Positions 58,436 to 64,000 of a DNA stretch of 64,000 bases are shown here, piece after piece. The stretch comes from Dudresnaya verticillata (Eukaryota), in assembly GCA_977862235.1 (NCBI GenBank), contig OZ374559.1:2542001-2606000 (forward strand), in the 5' to 3' direction. Below the pieces are notes generated by a model. The model was not told the origin of the DNA. It ran no database searches and saw nothing but the letters and a program-made list of their open reading frames with translations. How positions within the stretch are numbered: position 1 is the stretch's first letter; every line of letters begins with the position of its first letter. The translations under genes and the position numbers were made by a program.

Positions 58436-61400
58436 TTGGCAAGAGGAATGAAAGGAACTGATGACTGCGAACGAAGATGGCTTCTTTTCAGGTAACCATG
58501 GAGGAATGGACTGGGTTGTTATTCTTTTTTTAGCCATCAGCTGGGAAAGGCAGCATTGTCGTCTGCTTTTCATCGCAGCAGCTGAACGTTTACAAAATGC
58601 ATTTTGAATTTAGTTATGAGTTAATAGAAGAAAGTTGAGTATCTGGTATCATTGCGGAACAAAATGTAAGGCTCCCTTACGGAGGATACTACGAATGAAG
58701 ATTTCCCGGGCTATTGGGTTTATTGTCCCTTTACAGGAAAGGGTAGTATGATTGATGTTTTAATACTTGTTCTCGGAGTTCTGCATAGTGGCTATGGTGC
58801 GTACTTCTTTCATCTGATTTTTCACCTGACATCAGCTGTTAGACTTTATGGGTGTTTAGATTGTGCCTGTGTCGGAATCAAAAACGTATGAATATACTGT
58901 TCTGTGGTTGAGTCACCTGTTGGTGTTCAAGAGTGGAAGATAAAAAGAATTTCCGGTGCTCCATATATGCTATTTTCTGTCGTAAGCCGTGTTCTTCTAT
59001 TACGATGTTTACGGGCAATACAAGTTTACTACATTTGATTTAGAGTATAGCGTCTGCTTTGACAGTAGGGACCTAAGATGTTTAGTGAGCAGAAGCATCT
59101 TCTTGCTGCGGTGTTCAATTGCCAGTGTTAATGTTTACCTCTTGAGTTAGAGCACATAATAAATGAAACGGAATAATGAAGAACATCATTACATTTTTAA
59201 TTTGCTTTCATTGCATTCGCCTAAGTGAAGCGATATCAATAGGATCATATTGCACGCATTGATATCCTAAGGCCTCAAGAGATGTCGAAGAAGATATTAA
59301 AATATTAGAAAAGTAGACACGGGTTGCTAAATCGGTTGGGGCTGCGTTCTCTAGAATAAATGCGACCATCCGAAGTTTGCTCAATAGGAATTGAAAGCGA
59401 GGACATAGCATTGTTTTCATCTCGCAAATTGCTCGCTAGCCATAAGTGGACGCATCCGACTGTAGGTGCTGTGTGTATTGCGGAGCGTGTCTGATTACTG
59501 CATGAAATCCCTCCTGGCCCCCTTTTTATTGTTTTCATCTTTATGATTTGGTGTCATTTCGTCGCAGGAGCTGAAACACAGCTCCCTCTAAACAGGAGAC
59601 ACTGCAAGCTACTGTCGTCCTGGCCGAACTTCCAGCAGGCGTCCTGGCCTACATTCCAGCAGGCGCCCAGGGCGACGAGCCGTACTATGTACGCAGCCGC
59701 CCAATCCCCAACACCGGAGAAGGAAGGCAGAGCTTTTTTCCTTCCTTCCCTCCCACCCTCCCCCATCGACCCATTTCTAGTTCAATAAGGGCATTCTTCC
59801 TTTACACCGACTATTGGCTTCAGAATTTCTATACAGGCCTGAAGAAAGGGGCTATGTCAACGACCCTTTCGGAAAACAAACTGATCAAGAGTATTTTCTT
59901 TAGTAGTAACGAACGTTAACGTTTATATGTTAGCGTGACGACCCGGTTCCTCTATTTGACCCCTATTCCAGTTGAGTTTGCTTATATAGAAATTTTATTT
60001 TCATAGCCGCATTGAGAAGACCACAAGGCACACAAAGTGATAAAATAGACTTCACGTCAACTTAAAACAATGATTTATCTGTTTATGCGTGGTGTTCAAA
60101 CAATTCGAATGTTCACTGAATACAGATTAGCAGCGAACCGATTAGTAAGCCGATACAAGCCATCGATGAGAAGATCGATGAATTGTTGCGCACTCTCGAT
60201 AATCTAGTGGACTCACCACGAAGGACTGAACTCGGTGGTTGTACTAAGCATAAGACCTTAGTCTATCTGAAGCCAGTATATACAACCATCCCATAGGAAC
60301 CAATCTCTCCATCTCCCCCTTAGCACCCTAGCAATTACTCAGTTCTACAGTAAAGCTACAAAGTCTATATCAAGGCATTCACTGGTATTCTAAGAGACTT
60401 CTTTTAAATTATCTTCGATGTCTTGCCGTTTAGTATTTATTGTAGTGGGCCACCAGCCACCACTGGTGGCTCGTTCATGGTCTTGCTACGGTATTAACAG
60501 TAGTCAGACCCAGTAACCGTTCACGTTACTGCAGTTCGAGTTGTACGAACTGGACGCCTCTACAACTTTAGAGTTTGAAGGAAACATAACTGGAGACTGG
60601 GGATATTCTACCGGACAAATCCCAGATAAGCAGAGCAATAGGCATGTAATTACCATAAAACCCTCAACTTGTTCATTGCATGCGTTGAGATTAATGGTGG
60701 CTCCCGATAGAATTATTATATTGCTCAAGCATCGTTGAACTCTGAGAAGCGAAACCTGAAGAGATAATCAGCTAGCAGGTCCGCTCGTGTCTCCTGGGCC
60801 AAGGCACCAAGGGCGGGGTTGCAGGCAGGGCAGTTCAAAATAAAGAAAGTCCAATGGCGTTCTGAGTGTACACGACAGGGAAAACGAGAAATCGACATAC
60901 TCGGTACTGGAAGTTAGGGTTCCCCGTTGTTCGTTTTGTTTTTTCAAGCCTATCAATAAAGTTGTGATGATGATGTACCGGCGGGCGTTCATTAGACTCA
61001 AGAAGCCCATTTTGGTTACTGAGAGAAGTATCATAAAAGCAGCCCCCGTGAGAGTGTGGGGAAGGCATCGACGAGTGCAGTTTTATTGCCGGAGGTGCCA
61101 AAATGTTCCTCCATGGAAAAGCCAGTGGTTTCATTGGGCGACATCAAAATTCAACGAGTCCTCCGGTGTTTGCAGAAGAGACTGCGGAGTGACGCGAATT
61201 TTATTGGTGAAGAGTCGAACGCCCCTCTCTCTCTTCAAGCTGCGCGTAATGGGAGCTGGGGAGCTAGCTCCTCTTTTCTTCGAAGCTGTACCCGGACGGA
61301 CGAATCCAATAGTTTTCCCATGGCGGAAAGCAGCAGAACGCCAGATCACTTTGATAGATTGGTAAGACCTTCCAAATCATGACAGACGGGAACTTTGCGC

Positions 61401-62866
61401 TTGTTCGAGTCATAGATTTGAACTCAAAAGACTAATGTTTGCAATGCATTACCATGTTTTCTTTAATAGCGAAAATGACCAGATTTGCAATTACAAAGAG
61501 GTTAAGCTAAATGTACTAGTCAGAATCTGCTATCTAGCTTGAAGAACAATAACGATATTTACAGCAAGGCAAATAACCCTGAAGATAATTCGATCTGCGA
61601 CGGAGAGTTATGCAACACTGCTCGCAGAGATTTAAGGTCGCCAGAACAACTCGGAGATTGGAAGCCTTCACGGAGCAACGACAGCCAGTGCCAGACTCTG
61701 CATCTGAAGGGGAGGCCAATACGGCACTTTACGTATATGTAACGTGGCGTACGTATGCTTCAAGTTCAGCATCCGCTTGCCCTTCACGGAAGCTGTGCAT
61801 ATGTGCTCACCTCACGAGACGAAATGCGAGGACATAAGGAAGACAGTGAGAAGAAAGGACTAGAGCAGTCATAGAAACAATCATCAGCTGCAGAAAGCAA
61901 GATGAGGACAATAACTCCCACAAACATTAACAGCAGTAAGGAAACTGGAGAAGCCGCTAAGCCGCTGCCAACTTTTATCCCCCCAGACAGTTCAGCTTTA
62001 TGCCATTGGTTGATGCCACTGCTGTGCTTCTTACTCGAACTCAACAAAATGTGTGCTCTTTCGCTCTTTACACATCTCGCGTCTATGGCTATTGTTGCCA
62101 CCCACACACACTGTAACCGCTATACCAACAACCAACGCAAACGAAATGCCTCCCCTCCGCGAAGGATTTGGGATAAACCGCCAATTCTCTTAATAATCCA
62201 CTGTGTTGTTTGTCTCGATTGGAGTACTTGTATTCTCGAGGCCTGCTCTATTCACTCTCGATCTACGCTTATCCCGCAAGGATAAATCCAACGATGCAAG
62301 CCATGTATTTCCCCTTTTACAAACGCTACTTTTTCGAGCTCTTCGTGCGAAATACAATGAAAGGTTCCGAAAGAAAAGAGAGTACCTTATTTCCGGTACG
62401 CATTAGTAAGTGAGCGCCATGAAACGTGGAACGTGGAACGCGAAACGTGAAACGTATCAAACGAATCCTTCTACTCATCCCTTGATAGGGTATCAGTTTG
62501 CGCAAGAAAAGCGATTACCCTATTTCCGGTGCGCAATAGTAAGTGAGCGCCAGGAAACGTGAAACCACAATCTCCCCTTTCCACTGCATTGGCAAGTGTG
62601 GCAGGTCCAGGCCAACCAATTCTCTCCTACGCCCGGACTTCTCAATCTCTGCTCCTGTTCCCACTCCCCCCTCACTGATAACCACTATAAAAACCGACCA
62701 CTGCTCTCCGCATACCTCCTAACCCAACAGCACAAGTTATCAAGTTCTCCTCATCGCTCAAAAGCCTCATCTCAAAACACCTTCTCCATCCTCGAGCCTT
62801 CGACGCCTGAGTGCTCTAGACGTTCCTCTCGTACTTCATCCGAGCACAACTCTTCCACCCTCAAAA

Positions 62867-63892
62867 ATGACCTACGGCAATAACGGGTCTTCCCTTCCAC
62901 CTGTCTGCACCACCCGCCCGATGTTGAGTTGCGGCAATCATGACTCTGGCTCCATCCGCCAGCTCCAAGCATTGATGAACAAGTGTGGTGATGCCCATCT
63001 CACAGTGGACGGTGATTTCGGCCAGAATACCGAAAGGGCCGTCCGGGAATACCAGCGGAAGAATGGGCTTGTCTGCGATGGAGTTGTTGGCAACCAGACA
63101 TGGTCCTCTTTATGTAGCAAATGCAGCGGCGTTGCTGGGGTTCCAGAAGTATGCTCTACTCGACCGACCCTCAAGTGCGGATCACACGACAGTTCTTCTA
63201 TTCGTCAACTTCAAGCAATGCTTAACAAATGTGGAGGCTACCACCTGACTGTGGACGGAGTGTTTGGTGGCCACACTGAGAATGCTGTGAAAGATTATCA
63301 GCGGAAGAACGGGCTGACTTGCGATGGTATTGTTGGCAACCACACTTGGTCTTCCCTTTGCAGTAAGTGCGGTGGCAATGATTCTGGTGGTGGATCTGGT
63401 CTTCCGAGCGTCTGCTCTACTCGCCCGAACCTCAAGTGTGGATCCCATGACAGGGATTCTATTCGCCAACTACAGGAAATGCTTAACAAGTGTGGAGGCT
63501 ACCACCTGACTGTGGACGGAGTGTTTGGTCGCCACACTGAGAATGCTGTGAAAGATTATCAGCGGAAGAACGGGCTGACTTGCGATGGTATTGTTGGCCA
63601 CCACACTTGGTCTTCCCTTTGCAGTAAGTGCGGTAACAATGATTCTGGTGGTGGATCTGGTCTTCCGAGCGTCTGCTCTACTCGCCCGAACCTCAAGTGT
63701 GGATCTCATGACAGGGATTCTATTCGCCAACTGCAGGAAATGCTTAACAAGTGTGGAGGCTACCACCTGACTGTGGACGGAGTGTTTGGGCGGCACACTG
63801 AGAATACTGTGAAAGATTACCAGCGGAAGAACGGATTAGGCTGTGATGGCATCGTGGGTAATCAGACTTGGACTTCCCTTTGCAGTAAGTGA
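62867..63892 (+). CDS. Tandem peptidoglycan-binding-domain protein, 4 repeats
   Basis: Paralog of 56609-58435 with an identical N-terminus. TATAAAAA at ~62686. Confidence 0.9.
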   Translation: MTYGNNGSSLPPVCTTRPMLSCGNHDSGSIRQLQALMNKCGDAHLTVDGDFGQNTERAVREYQRKNGLVCDGVVGNQTWSSLCSKCSGVAGVPEVCSTRPTLKCGSHDSSSIRQLQAMLNKCGGYHLTVDGVFGGHTENAVKDYQRKNGLTCDGIVGNHTWSSLCSKCGGNDSGGGSGLPSVCSTRPNLKCGSHDRDSIRQLQEMLNKCGGYHLTVDGVFGRHTENAVKDYQRKNGLTCDGIVGHHTWSSLCSKCGNNDSGGGSGLPSVCSTRPNLKCGSHDRDSIRQLQEMLNKCGGYHLTVDGVFGRHTENTVKDYQRKNGLGCDGIVGNQTWTSLCSK

Positions 63893-64000
63893 TGGTAAAC
63901 TTTTAATGGTTGTTTTAGGTGTCCCGCTCGGGCGACTTAAAGGCCCATGTGCAGGCACATCAGGATCAGCTACAGTGGCAGAGGGCTGTCACTGTAGTGT

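Larger units (their letters stand above)
54050..63892 (+). repeat. Tandem segmental duplication (~54050-58435 and ~60520-63892): upstream region plus PG-binding gene
   Basis: Collinear matches, for example TTTGAAGGAAACATAACTGG at ~54110 and ~60574, and GATAGATTGG...CAAAAGACTAA at ~54914 and ~61353. Promoter/5' UTR 56315-56730 is nearly identical to 62573-62990. Confidence 0.9.

Noticed and set aside
48635..58573. Long minus-strand ORFs over the PG-binding genes (for example 48635-50014)
   Set aside because: They are shadows of a stop-free tandem repeat and show no independent protein features.
50700..59790. Degraded inverted similarity between ~50790-51010 and ~59560-59770
   Set aside because: Too diverged and distant to define an element. 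Probably an old dispersed repeat.
48905..63890. 261-bp periodic repeats as a CRISPR array or satellite
   Set aside because: They are in-frame coding repeats with no unique spacers and no cas genes nearby.
63970..63997. 12-bp hairpin after PG gene 3, a possible Helitron end or terminator
   Set aside because: It lies at the window edge with no supporting context.

Overview
Eukaryotic, intron-poor, transposon-dense DNA. A red alga is my best guess from gene content, but this is unverified. The first 46 kb is a nest of transposons. (i) A minus-strand chromodomain Ty3/Gypsy element (Gypsy-A, 5' LTR 30718-31629, 3' LTR beyond the left edge) has its integrase split by (ii) a 19.3-kb CACTA/EnSpm-type DNA transposon (5770-25095, perfect 17-bp TIRs, TA duplication). 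Removing the CACTA element restores the integrase reading frame exactly. It carries a transposase, three further large genes and a captured NDUFAF7/MidA methyltransferase fragment. (iii) A young, full-length Gypsy-B (32828-45567, 801-bp LTRs, GCATC TSD) is inserted in (iv) the RLE endonuclease region of a decayed non-LTR retrotransposon. Both Gypsy elements carry a ~760-aa antisense ORF 3' of pol, and the CACTA element carries a third member of the same unrecognised protein family, so class I and class II elements share an accessory gene. The last 16 kb holds three paralogous genes made only of 4-7 Cys-rich peptidoglycan-binding (PG_binding_1-type) repeats, with a divergent E2F gene between the first two.
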